From a virus (taxonomy: Duplodnaviria; Heunggongvirae; Uroviricota; Caudoviricetes): DNA of 64,000 nt. Below, piece by piece: positions 28,620 through 38,193 of the stretch. Where the stretch lies: IMG/VR virus record IMGVR_UViG_3300047557_002576, one strand, 5' to 3'. Below the pieces are notes generated by a model. That model saw nothing but the letters and a program-made list of their open reading frames with translations, was not told the DNA's origin and made no database searches. Both the position numbers and the translations under genes were made by a program. Within the stretch, counting starts at the first letter, position 1. Each line of letters starts with the position of its first letter.

Positions 28620-28778
28620 CTATTTCTGGTACACTGGTGGAGGCAATTCTGGACGATTCATCTCAGATGCTGTCTTCTGGATATTGAGCATCATACCATC
28701 CAGGGTCTTAGCAACAGGACCAAAACCAATGGTAGCAACAATAATACCGAAGATTGTACCAGAAATGAAGTTAAACAT
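28620..28778 (-). CDS. small membrane protein (52 aa)
   Basis: ATG overlaps the TGA of the SPFH gene. MFNFISGTIFGIIVATIGFGPVAK is one TM helix. Confidence 0.4.
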   Translation of the reverse strand: MFNFISGTIFGIIVATIGFGPVAKTLDGMMLNIQKTASEMNRPELPPPVYQK

Positions 28779-29620
28779 CACTTACCACTGAATCCACCGG
28801 GCAGGAAGTCCATAGAAGCACCATTGATGATTACCATCTTTTGAATCGAACCATTTTGGAATGCTGCTTTCAGAATCTCATTACGCTGATATTCCAGCGA
28901 TTGAGTCGTAACAGTCGAAGCAAGTGCTTTGTTCTCTTCTGCTTTCAGTTGAGCAGTGCGAGTCTTCACTTCCTGTTCTTTATTCGCAGATTGAGCAGCA
29001 ACCACACGGTTCACGGAAGCAACCAGATCATCGGGCAGATCTGCTTTACCAACGATAATGGAATCAATGGTAATCTTACCATCCAATCCATTCTTCTTCA
29101 GTGCCTCAGTCAGGTTGGTCTTGATGGTATCCTGAATCTGCTCCAGTTTGCTGTTCACTTCCAGAGCAGGGAACTCATCAACCGACTGGTTCACCGAAGA
29201 AGTAATCAGGCGGGAGATATAACTGGACATCAGTTGAACTTGACCGCCTTCACCAATAGCGTGGTTGCTCAGGTCATAGTTCGTATAGAACTCATACAGA
29301 GAGGTAGGATTGATGCTGTAAGTCACAGTCACATCCATTTCTTTCATAATCGTATTGTCCTTAGTCTTAGGACGCAGATCATTTGCGGTCACGGTAATCT
29401 TACGAGTGTTGAACACTTTGATAGAACCGAAACCATCGTATTTGATACCAGGCGTCAGCACTTCATTCTTCACCTGACCATCAAATCCCACATAGAGACC
29501 ATTCTCACCTGTGCTGATGGTAGTGAATTGACCAGCAGTAATCAGCAGTGCCAGAGCAGCAGCAGTACCACCAAGAATCAGTTTGCCAGTAGACATAATA
29601 AATTTCAGGGTAAAGAACAA
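28778..29620 (-). CDS. SPFH/band-7 (prohibitin/stomatin-like) membrane protein
   Basis: N-terminal TM, then PHB domain (GLYVGFDGQV...VLTPGIKYDGFGSIKVFNTRKITV) and coiled-coil tail. Confidence 0.75.
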   Translation of the reverse strand: MFFTLKFIMSTGKLILGGTAAALALLITAGQFTTISTGENGLYVGFDGQVKNEVLTPGIKYDGFGSIKVFNTRKITVTANDLRPKTKDNTIMKEMDVTVTYSINPTSLYEFYTNYDLSNHAIGEGGQVQLMSSYISRLITSSVNQSVDEFPALEVNSKLEQIQDTIKTNLTEALKKNGLDGKITIDSIIVGKADLPDDLVASVNRVVAAQSANKEQEVKTRTAQLKAEENKALASTVTTQSLEYQRNEILKAAFQNGSIQKMVIINGASMDFLPGGFSGK

Positions 29621-29623
29621 GAA

Positions 29624-29785
29624 TCAGTCAGAAGTTACGCCAGCATATATTAGTGCTGCCGCAACGATGAGAAGAAGAATCAGAGGTAACATCTTGATGA
29701 AAAACAAGACAGGAAGACCTCTTGATAGAAGAATGAGCAGGATTAGAAATACACCTGTTCCAACACCAAGAATACGAGCAACCAT
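29624..29785 (-). CDS. small hydrophobic membrane protein (53 aa)
   Basis: MVARILGVGTGVFLILLILLSRGLPVLFFIKMLPLILLLIVAAALIY, between the pilin-like and SPFH genes. Confidence 0.4.
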   Translation of the reverse strand: MVARILGVGTGVFLILLILLSRGLPVLFFIKMLPLILLLIVAAALIYAGVTSD

Positions 29786-29791
29786 TTTACA

Positions 29792-30034
29792 TCAGTTGTA
29801 AGTACAGAGTTGAGTCATGCGACCATACTGGATGCCTTCAGACCATTTACCACCAGCATTCAGACATTCTTGTTTGTTGGGAACGATGCTACTACCATTT
29901 TTGATGGCAGTGAAGATAGTAAGACCAACTCCCAAACTCACCATAATGAAAACAATAGTGATTATGAGTTCAACAATAGTGTAACCGTTTTTGGAAGGCA
30001 TTTGTTTGTTTGAACTGAAGTTATTATAGGGCAT
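29792..30034 (-). CDS. type IV pilin-like protein (prepilin N-terminal cleavage/methylation motif)
   Basis: SKNG|YTIVELIITIVFI: Gly(-1), Glu(+5), hydrophobic helix; C-terminal Cys pair CLNAGGKWSEGIQYGRMTQLC. Confidence 0.65.
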   Translation of the reverse strand: MPYNNFSSNKQMPSKNGYTIVELIITIVFIMVSLGVGLTIFTAIKNGSSIVPNKQECLNAGGKWSEGIQYGRMTQLCTYN

Positions 30035-30090
30035 CAGGAGGGGTCGCGGAAGACCCCCTGTGATACTTTAGGAACTGTCCTCAGATTGCT
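30030..30090 (-). promoter_or_regulatory. PeSL-like cassette (box GGACAGTTCCTAAAGTATCACAG, hairpin GGGGTC-GCGGAA-GACCCC, TATAAT)
   Basis: Cassette family member upstream of the pilin-like gene. Confidence 0.5.
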
Positions 30091-30614
30091 TCAGTTACAA
30101 TCTTGGCACCCTTGAACTTGGAACGAGCACTCTTGTTCTTGGTGTCAATACCAGTCACCACAGCAATCTGAGGAGTGCTAGAACCAGTGTAGAGTAGAAC
30201 ATCACCTTTACTCAGAGCACCAGGAGTTCCAACATAATGATTTTCACTGTTGCCCATCTTGGCACTGAAGGTATAAGGTACGACTTCCTCCAGAGCACTC
30301 TTGTCAAAGACATGAATTGCTCCAGTACCCTTTTCTTCAATCAGGTATTGGTTTTGACTGTTGGTGCCAATATGAGTACCGTATGCAACAGTACCATCTT
30401 CTTTTGTGAATGAATACAGGGTCTTAGTGTCAGTTGCCATTTCGTCAGTTTCTCCTTCGTAAAGTTTTAGACAGGTATCATCTTCATAAAAGGTTTGTTT
30501 GGATTTGAGATACCGACATTGCCATTGGTCAATTCTCCAACCCTTAGAAATAATCTCTGCAGGAGTTTTACCATACAGTTTGGTGACAATATCACCAACA
30601 TTAAATTGTGCCAT
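30081..30614 (-). CDS. hypothetical protein
   Basis: 177 aa. Confidence 0.5.
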   Translation of the reverse strand: MAQFNVGDIVTKLYGKTPAEIISKGWRIDQWQCRYLKSKQTFYEDDTCLKLYEGETDEMATDTKTLYSFTKEDGTVAYGTHIGTNSQNQYLIEEKGTGAIHVFDKSALEEVVPYTFSAKMGNSENHYVGTPGALSKGDVLLYTGSSTPQIAVVTGIDTKNKSARSKFKGAKIVTEAI

Positions 30615-30880
30615 TAGAGTGCCTCTACCTCTTCCATAATGATTTCTATGTCCCGCTCATCACGATGACCCATAACGTCATCAGTGATAGGAGTATCATA
30701 GCATAGAACATAGTCATCTTCGTTACCTTTGATTACTGCCACTTCATATAGATCATCCTCGTAACCATATGAACCAGGAAAGCGAACAACACTTACTCCA
30801 TAACCGTTAGAGAAGATGTGTTTTGCTTGAATACCAGAACCAATGGGGTGTGGTTGGAAATTGAGATCAGTGAATTTCAT
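30614..30880 (-). CDS. hypothetical protein
   Basis: 88 aa; start/stop overlap. Confidence 0.5.
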   Translation of the reverse strand: MKFTDLNFQPHPIGSGIQAKHIFSNGYGVSVVRFPGSYGYEDDLYEVAVIKGNEDDYVLCYDTPITDDVMGHRDERDIEIIMEEVEAL

Positions 30881-30882
30881 AA

Positions 30883-31173
30883 TCAGTTATTGTTATAAGG
30901 AGGATTATCAAAGCGGTGCATCCAAAGATTATGAGAACGCTGTTTTATGTCCATCAGCATGTTATACTTTCGTTTGATTTCTGAATCATCTGGCAGCATA
31001 TCAATCTCAAAAAATCCAACAAAATCATAAGTTTCAATTGCATGATTCAGAACTTCGTTGAGAAAGTCATGCTCATGAAATGAAAACTCCATTGTGATTG
31101 GTTTTTGATCACAATAGTTGTCTTCGGTCAGTTCAATCATTGCGGGATCCAAAGAATTCCTCCTTGACAACAA
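30883..31173 (-). CDS. hypothetical protein
   Basis: 96 aa. Confidence 0.5.
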   Translation of the reverse strand: MLSRRNSLDPAMIELTEDNYCDQKPITMEFSFHEHDFLNEVLNHAIETYDFVGFFEIDMLPDDSEIKRKYNMLMDIKQRSHNLWMHRFDNPPYNNN

Positions 31174-31299
31174 ATGAATTATAAAGGATTTTGATCAGGT
31201 TGAAAGCAGTGGAGTGCCACTTAGAAAACTGGCACAACCTCTACATTTGAACATCCCTGTGCAATGACATGCTTTTCCCACATTGACGCATCTTCAAGT

Positions 31300-31572
31300 T
31301 TATAGAAAGTTGCCACTTGCTTGGACTTGCTTTTCTTTTTGTCTTTCAGGTAGATTACTTGGTACTTCATGGGGATTTTTAATAAAGATTTGAATTTGAG
31401 AGTCGTCGTTCCAGTGTCGAATTACACCAGCGACAATGAAAGCATTTGTAATCAAATACGTTGCAAAAATAATCGTGCGAATGATTGCAACAGTATCAGA
31501 TTCACGATCACACTTGGATGCTTTTTCACCAAGTGCCTTTGCCCACCACCTCCATGCATTTTTATTCTTCAT
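31300..31572 (-). CDS. small membrane protein
   Basis: 90 aa with a hydrophobic helix. Confidence 0.45.
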   Translation of the reverse strand: MKNKNAWRWWAKALGEKASKCDRESDTVAIIRTIIFATYLITNAFIVAGVIRHWNDDSQIQIFIKNPHEVPSNLPERQKEKQVQASGNFL

Positions 31573-31798
31573 AAATTGAATTTCTTGATTTTACATAAGT
31601 GAGTTCTTTCCACTGTTCTTTGTAACAAACGACCAACAGACGTTCGTTTGCATGAATTGGTGCTGCCTTGTAGTTTTCTACATCTTTTGGTCGAACTGAT
31701 GCTTCTATGGTGATATATTGATTTCCTTTAAAATAAATCCACCCCTCAACACCATTTGACCAGGTTACATAATGATTGATTTCTGGAATGTAACTCAT
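31562..31798 (-). CDS. hypothetical protein
   Basis: 78 aa. Confidence 0.45.
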   Translation of the reverse strand: MSYIPEINHYVTWSNGVEGWIYFKGNQYITIEASVRPKDVENYKAAPIHANERLLVVCYKEQWKELTYVKSRNSIYEE

Positions 31799-32175
31799 AC
31801 AAATGCTGAGATGAGTGGATTTTGTTTGATTTGCATTGCAGAATATTGAGTTGTATCTTTGATTTGAACTACACTACCAACCGTTGAACTGTTGATTGGT
31901 GCATAGTAGGCGTTTGTTTTGGAGTTGTAGAACCCCCAGATGCAGCGAACTGAACTACCACCATTGTAAACATACTTACGATGATTAAGCAACCATATTG
32001 AAATAATGTTTCTTTTGAAAGGTTTGAATTCATAACTGTATCCTGCTGGTGCTTGGTGAGGAAACTCAAGTATCTGCAACTGCTCGCAAATAGTTTGGGT
32101 TGAACCCTCTTTCAAGGTATTCTTTGAGTTTGATGTCGCACTGTTCTTTGGTGAGTTTTGCTGCACTTTCATCAA
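31795..32175 (-). CDS. hypothetical protein
   Basis: 126 aa. Confidence 0.45.
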   Translation of the reverse strand: MMKVQQNSPKNSATSNSKNTLKEGSTQTICEQLQILEFPHQAPAGYSYEFKPFKRNIISIWLLNHRKYVYNGGSSVRCIWGFYNSKTNAYYAPINSSTVGSVVQIKDTTQYSAMQIKQNPLISAFV

Positions 32176-32223
32176 TCAACTCCCACCCATTTGTAAAGTA
32201 TTCTTCAATACGATATAGTTGTG

Positions 32224-32475
32224 TCATGTGGTAAATGCCTCCAAAATACCAGACTCGTAGTCATCCTGTAGAGCAAACTTTTGAGCATTGATTACACGTT
32301 CCATAATGCGTTCCGTGTATTGATCATCAAATTGTTCTTCATTAGAAAGCAGTGTAAATGCTTCCGTGTCGTTTGAAGCGATTAGGTTAATCAGACCACC
32401 ATATTCAGATGAAGGAAAAGGAACCCAATAGTCAACGATGTAGAGATACTTCATTTTTTGTTCTTTAGGACTCAA
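32224..32475 (-). CDS. hypothetical acidic protein
   Basis: 83 aa. Confidence 0.45.
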   Translation of the reverse strand: MSPKEQKMKYLYIVDYWVPFPSSEYGGLINLIASNDTEAFTLLSNEEQFDDQYTERIMERVINAQKFALQDDYESGILEAFTT

Positions 32476-33099
32476 TAATTTTAGCAGAGGATTGCCAATT
32501 GGTCAATTGACGTTTCAGTTCATAGAATACTGGCGTCAACTGAGAATAGAGAAACTTTTGCGATTCATTACCCTCTAGCAGTTGAGTGAGTGCATCAACA
32601 TGATCGATAGCAAGAATGAGTTTGGTTTTTTCTTTCATACAAACTCCATCAAATAGTAGTCCACAGTAACTTCCAATTCCGCTGCTTTCTCTTCAATTGC
32701 AAGTGCAAATAAATCTGCCTCAAGTTCTTCAAGGGCCTCGAAAAAGTCTTGCTCGTTCATGGATATTGAGTGGGGAAAATGAGGTTGAGAATTGCATCAC
32801 ATTCCTGATATGCCTTACTGTTTAAAGGCACATCATTAATCTGATACTTGCGAACTGCTTTGTAAATGATCTTCAGTTGTTCGGTCGTAAATTTCATTAT
32901 TTTTTACAATCAGGATGCATTTTTGCTTGAGAGTCTTGAGAGTTGCAAAATGCTTCTACGGTTGTCGGATGATCATAGATCATTTTGGGTTGCCTATTCT
33001 CAATAATAATAGATCCAACCCATCCAATAGCAAAACCAACTGCAGCAATGATGGGATACTTGAACTTCATCAAATTGGTGTGCATTGATTACTTACATA

Positions 33100-33594
33100 T
33101 CATACTACCTGCGTCAGGCGGTTGGGGAAGTAGTGTGCCACATGTCGAACTGGCACACCCACATCCAAAAGATACTGAAGATAGAGCAAAGATTCTTGCT
33201 GTCGTGCTTCAATCTCATGTGGTTGATCAATGTAATCATAATTTTCAATTTTGCAAGTACCGTAATACATTTTACTCCTCTTCATTTTTAAAGAACCATT
33301 CACCCATTGACGCAAATGCACTAACTCATGCAAAAGAGTCTTAATATAAATTTCATCTTCCATATAAGTGTCCAGTTCAATCAAGAATGATCGCGGACGC
33401 TTATAATCATCTGTAAAATCACAATATCCAAGCACACCTTCACGCTTCAATCCACGATGAACAATCTGAATATCAAGTTGATGGCGTGGTAGAAATTTAT
33501 CTAAAAACCAAATGGTAACATTCTCACAGAGGCGTTTGCGAAAACCATATCCAGTAATTTCAAGGTAAGATTGCATGACCAATGAGAAAACCAA
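33100..33594 (-). CDS. putative zinc metallopeptidase (HExxH)
   Basis: LLHELVHLRQW plus a downstream E. Confidence 0.4.
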   Translation of the reverse strand: MVFSLVMQSYLEITGYGFRKRLCENVTIWFLDKFLPRHQLDIQIVHRGLKREGVLGYCDFTDDYKRPRSFLIELDTYMEDEIYIKTLLHELVHLRQWVNGSLKMKRSKMYYGTCKIENYDYIDQPHEIEARQQESLLYLQYLLDVGVPVRHVAHYFPNRLTQVV

Positions 33595-33641
33595 ATGAAG
33601 GACAGAATGAAAAGGAAGCGATCAAAAGTATTATATTTCAT

Positions 33642-34061
33642 TTAACAGGCAAAAGTCAAACCTCCAAGTGATGCCCCAAGTGCTGTTGCCCAACCGTAAT
33701 TTTGTGGATAATTCATTGCTGCAGCACGACCAATTGCACCACCTAAAGTGGCACCTAATGCAGTTCTCACAGGATTGCAGTTAGGATTAGTCGGTCTACC
33801 ATAATAACCATATCCACCATAATACTGATTCGGTTGCACATAACTTTGATTCACTAGATTGCAAGGAACATTGTAAGTTTGTACACTTACACCACCAGGA
33901 ACGTAATTTCCATAGCGATCATATCCACCAGGTCGGTAGACTTCTTGATTTTGGGTACAAACTGCAAAGTTATTCACTTGTTGTGCCGCCATGGGCATTG
34001 GTGCAAATAAGACTACAGTGGAAACAAGAAAGTGTTTCATTGCCGAATTGCATATACACAT
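33642..34061 (-). CDS. secreted Gly/Tyr-rich glycine-zipper protein
   Basis: Signal peptide MKHFLVSTVVLFAPMPMAAQQ; C-terminal GATLGGAIGRAAA...GASLGG glycine zipper. Confidence 0.5.
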   Translation of the reverse strand: MCICNSAMKHFLVSTVVLFAPMPMAAQQVNNFAVCTQNQEVYRPGGYDRYGNYVPGGVSVQTYNVPCNLVNQSYVQPNQYYGGYGYYGRPTNPNCNPVRTALGATLGGAIGRAAAMNYPQNYGWATALGASLGGLTFAC

Positions 34062-34120
34062 ATTATAAAGGGTTCCCAGTGCCCTGAGAACCCCATATGT
34101 GCCAGTTGTAAAAGTGTCAC

Positions 34121-34408
34121 TCAGTCTTCATAAATTCTACACTCAGGTGCTTCAGGATTCTCATCACAATAAAGTTCTAGTGGTGTAGGATCATGATCAT
34201 CGTTTGGATGATTTTCCTTATAAGTCTTCAGTGCCTGCAATTCACTCTCAATGTGTCTACGTGACTGAGGTGAAATCGTAGGATCCTCTAAAAGGTTTTC
34301 ATCTTGTTTTATATGTTGATGAATGTTTTCCATCTTTAGATATACTAATAATTTATTTATTTGAAAATAAAAATTTATGGATATAATCTTCTGCAAATTG
34401 ATTCCCAA
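34121..34408 (-). CDS. hypothetical protein
   Basis: 95 aa; overlaps the 3' end of the bilin reductase gene. Confidence 0.35.
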   Translation of the reverse strand: MGINLQKIISINFYFQINKLLVYLKMENIHQHIKQDENLLEDPTISPQSRRHIESELQALKTYKENHPNDDHDPTPLELYCDENPEAPECRIYED

Positions 34409-35000
34409 AGTAGGACTTTAAAATTCCATACGCAGGATCATTTGTAGACATATGCCGATTATAATCACAATGATTAAGATGAAAGGAATTGGATTTCATC
34501 TTCGACTTTTCAAGACACTTTTTGTATTGATGTAAAAAACATTTTACCATTATTTGATATTCATTGTAAAATTCTTCATTTTTCCTCCTCATCCATAATT
34601 TTTTAGAGAAAAAACGATTTAAGTCATAAAATTTAGAATGTAGTTTAGTTTTATCTGGAAATTGCTCCAGAAATTCCATGAATTCTTGATTTTCAGTAAT
34701 TGGATGAAAATCAATAGCAGCAAAATACTTGTTTTTTCCTATTTTTAGATATTCTGTGCCGAAAATAGGTGTTTCGTAGTTAAGTTGAGGATAAATTACT
34801 AAACTTTCTGCATGGAATTTGTTTTGAACACAAAGTTCACAAAGTCTTATCTTATGACATGAATCAGTTTTCCACAAATAAGATTTCAATTCAGCATTGT
34901 TTTCAGATACGCTTGAACTCAACCATGATGGCAAACTTTCCTGAGTTAAATCAAAAAATTGTTCGAGTATTGTCTTCAATGTTGTCACTTTTACCCTCAA
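34353..35000 (-). CDS. ferredoxin-dependent bilin reductase (PebA/PebS/PcyA family)
   Basis: 215 aa. Blocks align to PebA from memory: KSYLWKTDSCHKIRLCEL versus IESWCWEVPGFRKVRVTRL, and PIFGTEYLKIGKNKYFAAIDFHP versus PLLGIDLVWFPASGKLMAVLDFQP. Confidence 0.6.
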   Translation of the reverse strand: MRVKVTTLKTILEQFFDLTQESLPSWLSSSVSENNAELKSYLWKTDSCHKIRLCELCVQNKFHAESLVIYPQLNYETPIFGTEYLKIGKNKYFAAIDFHPITENQEFMEFLEQFPDKTKLHSKFYDLNRFFSKKLWMRRKNEEFYNEYQIMVKCFLHQYKKCLEKSKMKSNSFHLNHCDYNRHMSTNDPAYGILKSYFGNQFAEDYIHKFLFSNK

Positions 35001-35229
35001 GAGATCTTACAAATAACTCAGTAAACTTTTCCATTTTTTGCGGAGAAACAGTGTGTGGATCATAATTGATTGCTTCTCTGAGTGCATTCAATTCATTCCA
35101 CTCTTCAAGTGATAGATAATTACTTCCTGTTTTTGCAAGAGTCATGATTTCTTTGCGATGTGACCCAATGTTAGCATTTCAATACATAACTATCTATCAA
35201 CTTAATGTTTTCTTCGGGATTGCGTTACA

Positions 35230-35604
35230 TTAGTTAATAAAGTCCTCAAGAGCATCAAGATTATCGTTAAGTTTCTTCTCATGACCCTTGTTATAATAGG
35301 ACCACAAGGCATTATGAACATCCATTAGATGATCTACCCAGAAACCAGCAGGATAAATGCCAAGAGAATCTTGAAGTCCACGATGTGATGTACCTTCACT
35401 CTCTGCTTTACACACAATATAACAAATTGCTTGAACCATGTCAAGTTTATCTTCTTCAGAAAGCATAAAGTATTTGCCTACAGCACGTTGCTTTGCTTCT
35501 TCATTTGCTTTCTGAAGTTCTTTACACGCATCAGAATCCCACCATTCTTTTAAGGATTTTGCAAGTTGGTTTGGGGTGTTTTTATTAGGTTCTGATAATG
35601 CCAT
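35230..35604 (-). CDS. hypothetical protein
   Basis: 124 aa. Confidence 0.45.
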   Translation of the reverse strand: MALSEPNKNTPNQLAKSLKEWWDSDACKELQKANEEAKQRAVGKYFMLSEEDKLDMVQAICYIVCKAESEGTSHRGLQDSLGIYPAGFWVDHLMDVHNALWSYYNKGHEKKLNDNLDALEDFIN

Positions 35605-35804
35605 ACTAATTTACTCTTACTATCTTTACAATCTGGATAAAAATCACTATTAACATAACAAGATTCTGTCGGTTTATAATACTCAATTGTATTTGGAATA
35701 GATGCTTTAAAATTACACATCAAACCTCTTCCACCACTCAGAATTCCATCAGCACATGCCATTACAACAATTGGAGTTAAGAAGAATATTGTATACATCA
35801 GCAC
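35550..35804 (-). CDS. small secreted Cys-rich protein
   Basis: N-terminal hydrophobic helix plus 5 Cys. Confidence 0.35.
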   Translation of the reverse strand: MLMYTIFFLTPIVVMACADGILSGGRGLMCNFKASIPNTIEYYKPTESCYVNSDFYPDCKDSKSKLVWHYQNLIKTPQTNLQNP

Positions 35805-36388
35805 TCATTACCTTGAATTGGTTGAGTAACTTTACGAATTGTGTATGTTCCATCATTATTATCTACCCAATAAACTTGATCTCCCTCTTGAAGATTTGCC
35901 GCATCTAAAAGATCTTCTGGAAAAGAAACATAATATTGACCAGACGGATCATCCATTTCCACGGGAAGAATCCACTTTTTAATTTTATCTTTTACTTCTG
36001 GTGTCCATTCATATCCACCTTCCTTGCGGATATGATCTATTTGTTCGTTAAGATTTGTTTTGTTATTCATATGATTCAATGCTTCTTCTGGATAATAATT
36101 TTCTTCCCAAAAGTCATTCCATGCGTTTTGACACTCTTTTGTGGTATCACCATCACGAAGATCTCCTACAGTTGCCTGCCAAGCATCTTTGAATTTCTCA
36201 TCAAACTCTTCAATAAAATATCCAAGAAACTCATATGCTGCCATTGTCATTTTTTCAGCACGGTCTTTTTGATTATAAGAAAGTGCTTCATTTGCAACGT
36301 CAATCATTTCACGGGCAGAAACAACCTTTGAAATAATCATCTCAAGGGCATTCATCGTGTCCCATACACGCTGATACTTAACGGGCAT
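35798..36388 (-). CDS. hypothetical protein with C-terminal AbrB/MazE-like swapped-hairpin domain
   Basis: YYVSFPEDLLDAANLQEGDQVYWVDNNDGTYTIRK. Confidence 0.45.
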   Translation of the reverse strand: MPVKYQRVWDTMNALEMIISKVVSAREMIDVANEALSYNQKDRAEKMTMAAYEFLGYFIEEFDEKFKDAWQATVGDLRDGDTTKECQNAWNDFWEENYYPEEALNHMNNKTNLNEQIDHIRKEGGYEWTPEVKDKIKKWILPVEMDDPSGQYYVSFPEDLLDAANLQEGDQVYWVDNNDGTYTIRKVTQPIQGNEC

Positions 36389-36535
36389 TGTGCTCCTCCC
36401 TGATTGCTTGCTGTATTATAACTTGGAGTTCCTTGGCAGTCAACCCATTTAACCACTTCCAGTTTGGGTCTTGTGGGTCCCAGGTTGCTGTGTAAGAACC
36501 ATCATCATTTTGTGTTATCTTAAAGGTGTCTTCCA

Positions 36536-36733
36536 TCAATCTCTTTGTTTTGGTTTATTACATTCGTTGCAATAATAAGAAAATCCAGATTGGAATGCTT
36601 TAACTTTTTGGAAATGATTTAAGTCAATGGGTTTCTCTTCACCACATTTACTGCACTTCCTTTTTGTACTGTTTACGAATTCGTTTGAGTTCTTTGAGTT
36701 CCATTTTAATATTTTTGTAAGCAGTATCAGCAT
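36536..36733 (-). CDS. small zinc-ribbon protein
   Basis: CSKCGEEK...CNECNK. Confidence 0.35.
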   Translation of the reverse strand: MLILLTKILKWNSKNSNEFVNSTKRKCSKCGEEKPIDLNHFQKVKAFQSGFSYYCNECNKPKQRD

Positions 36734-36833
36734 CTATTTTGCCTCCTATTTCCATTGCACAGATAATATCGACTCTTGTTCCAAAATGTGCTAAAGCACG
36801 TTCAAAATCATCATTTAGTTCATACACAATCAT
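36648..36833 (-). CDS. hypothetical protein
   Basis: 61 aa; ATGA overlap with the endonuclease. Confidence 0.35.
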   Translation of the reverse strand: MIVYELNDDFERALAHFGTRVDIICAMEIGGKIDADTAYKNIKMELKELKRIRKQYKKEVQ

Positions 36834-37438
36834 TTCCTCCTATTATAGGGTTTTAACTTTAATCTTCCAGATTTCCACTCATTTCCTGGACATTCTACAC
36901 TTCTTTTGTTGATTTGTCCATTATTCCACCATTTTGAGTTTTTGTGATTGTTATGATGTTCTCCCAAAGATTTACCTAGATGAGATAATCTAATTTTTTC
37001 TCTTGTTTCTAGGGTATGTTTTTTACCAAAAATCCATGGCATTTTACCTCTATTCACTTCACTCAATTTTTTCTTCGTTTCTTCACTACATAATTTTCCA
37101 AAATTTGATTTAGAAATCTTTTCCTTAGTTTCTTTAGTGTGTTTCCATCCACTTTTACCATCTCCTCCAAGTGTACTATTATATCCACATTTAAAACTAT
37201 CATATTCTCTTATATAAGTAACTTCTTTTTGTGATAATAAGCACTCATCACATTCTTCAATTATGCCGTAAATAAAATTTTTCCAACCATATTTTCTAAC
37301 AGCGTTGTAAAATTTTCTTTTAGAACCACTTCTTACCATATGGCAATGATGTTCTTTTCTCTTTCTTTCATATAATGTTTTTCCAATGTATTTCTTTCCT
37401 GTGGAAATACAGTGGTAGCAATAAATTACTCCTTTCAT
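36830..37438 (-). CDS. GIY-YIG homing endonuclease
   Basis: GVIYCYHCISTGKKYIGKT; NUMOD3-like repeats. Confidence 0.75.
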   Translation of the reverse strand: MKGVIYCYHCISTGKKYIGKTLYERKRKEHHCHMVRSGSKRKFYNAVRKYGWKNFIYGIIEECDECLLSQKEVTYIREYDSFKCGYNSTLGGDGKSGWKHTKETKEKISKSNFGKLCSEETKKKLSEVNRGKMPWIFGKKHTLETREKIRLSHLGKSLGEHHNNHKNSKWWNNGQINKRSVECPGNEWKSGRLKLKPYNRRK

Positions 37439-37465
37439 CTCTGCTCTAAACTTGGTGGTTATTAT

Positions 37466-37497
37466 TATTTATACAGGAAAAGCACCCGAAGGTGCTT
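37466..37497 (-). promoter_or_regulatory. hairpin terminator (GCACCTTCGGGTGC, UUCG loop) plus TTTT plus TATAAATA late promoter
   Basis: Read directly. Confidence 0.55.
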
Positions 37498-37841
37498 TAT
37501 CCCAACCTGAAAAGAACCACCAAGTCAGGCAATATTATTTATTATACATCTTTACTGCCCCTAAATTCATCTGCGATAATATCTATGCGACGATCAACCG
37601 CTTCAATGGAATTCATCAATTGGTAAATAAGATTTGAATTTTCAATATTTTCTTCTTCAAGAGCATTGATACGTTCTTGAAGTCTTTGAATCAACTCAAG
37701 AAGATTTTCATTTGATTCCATACTTTTGAAAATATCGTTGATATGCCATAAAGCGACCCACAGATGGGGTCACTCCAAGACTTTCACAGCACCGAAGGTA
37801 AGAAATAAACTCATACCAGGGTGCTGTGGGGTCAGTATCAC

Positions 37842-38048
37842 TCACAGTTTGCCTCCTACCACTCCTTCATAAGTTTGGGATTCAGTGAAACCTTCCTGCC
37901 GTCCTTTAAGATAAAAACGGGTTGCTGCGATACACGACTGTTCAGTGAAAGATGTGACCAAGGGTTTTTCATCTTTATCATAGGAATTCCAGGTTCCCCA
38001 GCGTTGTTGTTGGACATAAAAAACATCATCAATTAGTTTCTTTTCCAT
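37842..38048 (-). CDS. hypothetical protein
   Basis: 68 aa. Confidence 0.4.
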   Translation of the reverse strand: MEKKLIDDVFYVQQQRWGTWNSYDKDEKPLVTSFTEQSCIAATRFYLKGRQEGFTESQTYEGVVGGKL

Positions 38049-38193
38049 TTGTTAGATCGGGATGAGGAGCATATAGTGGTCCAGAATAATTACCAGAAAA
38101 ATTATTCAATTCTTGAATAGCACTTAGAACTTCTGGTGTTTCTTCCCACTCCCAAGAATTGCCATTTTTATCAGTAAAAGTACGTGTAGTCAT
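38029..38193 (-). CDS. small protein (54 aa)
   Basis: ATGA coupling with 38190..38396. Confidence 0.3.
   Translation of the reverse strand: MTTRTFTDKNGNSWEWEETPEVLSAIQELNNFSGNYSGPLYAPHPDLTNGKETN

Noticed and set aside
28841-29653. 270-aa plus-strand ORF antisense to the SPFH gene
   Set aside because: It sits entirely opposite a well-supported prohibitin-family gene. It is low-complexity and has no start context.
34951-35145. 64-aa ORF overlapping the 5' end of the bilin reductase gene by 50 nt
   Set aside because: It is kept out of the feature list. It could be a real upstream small gene or an artefact. The bilin reductase N-terminus aligns from its own first Met, so it was not merged into that gene.
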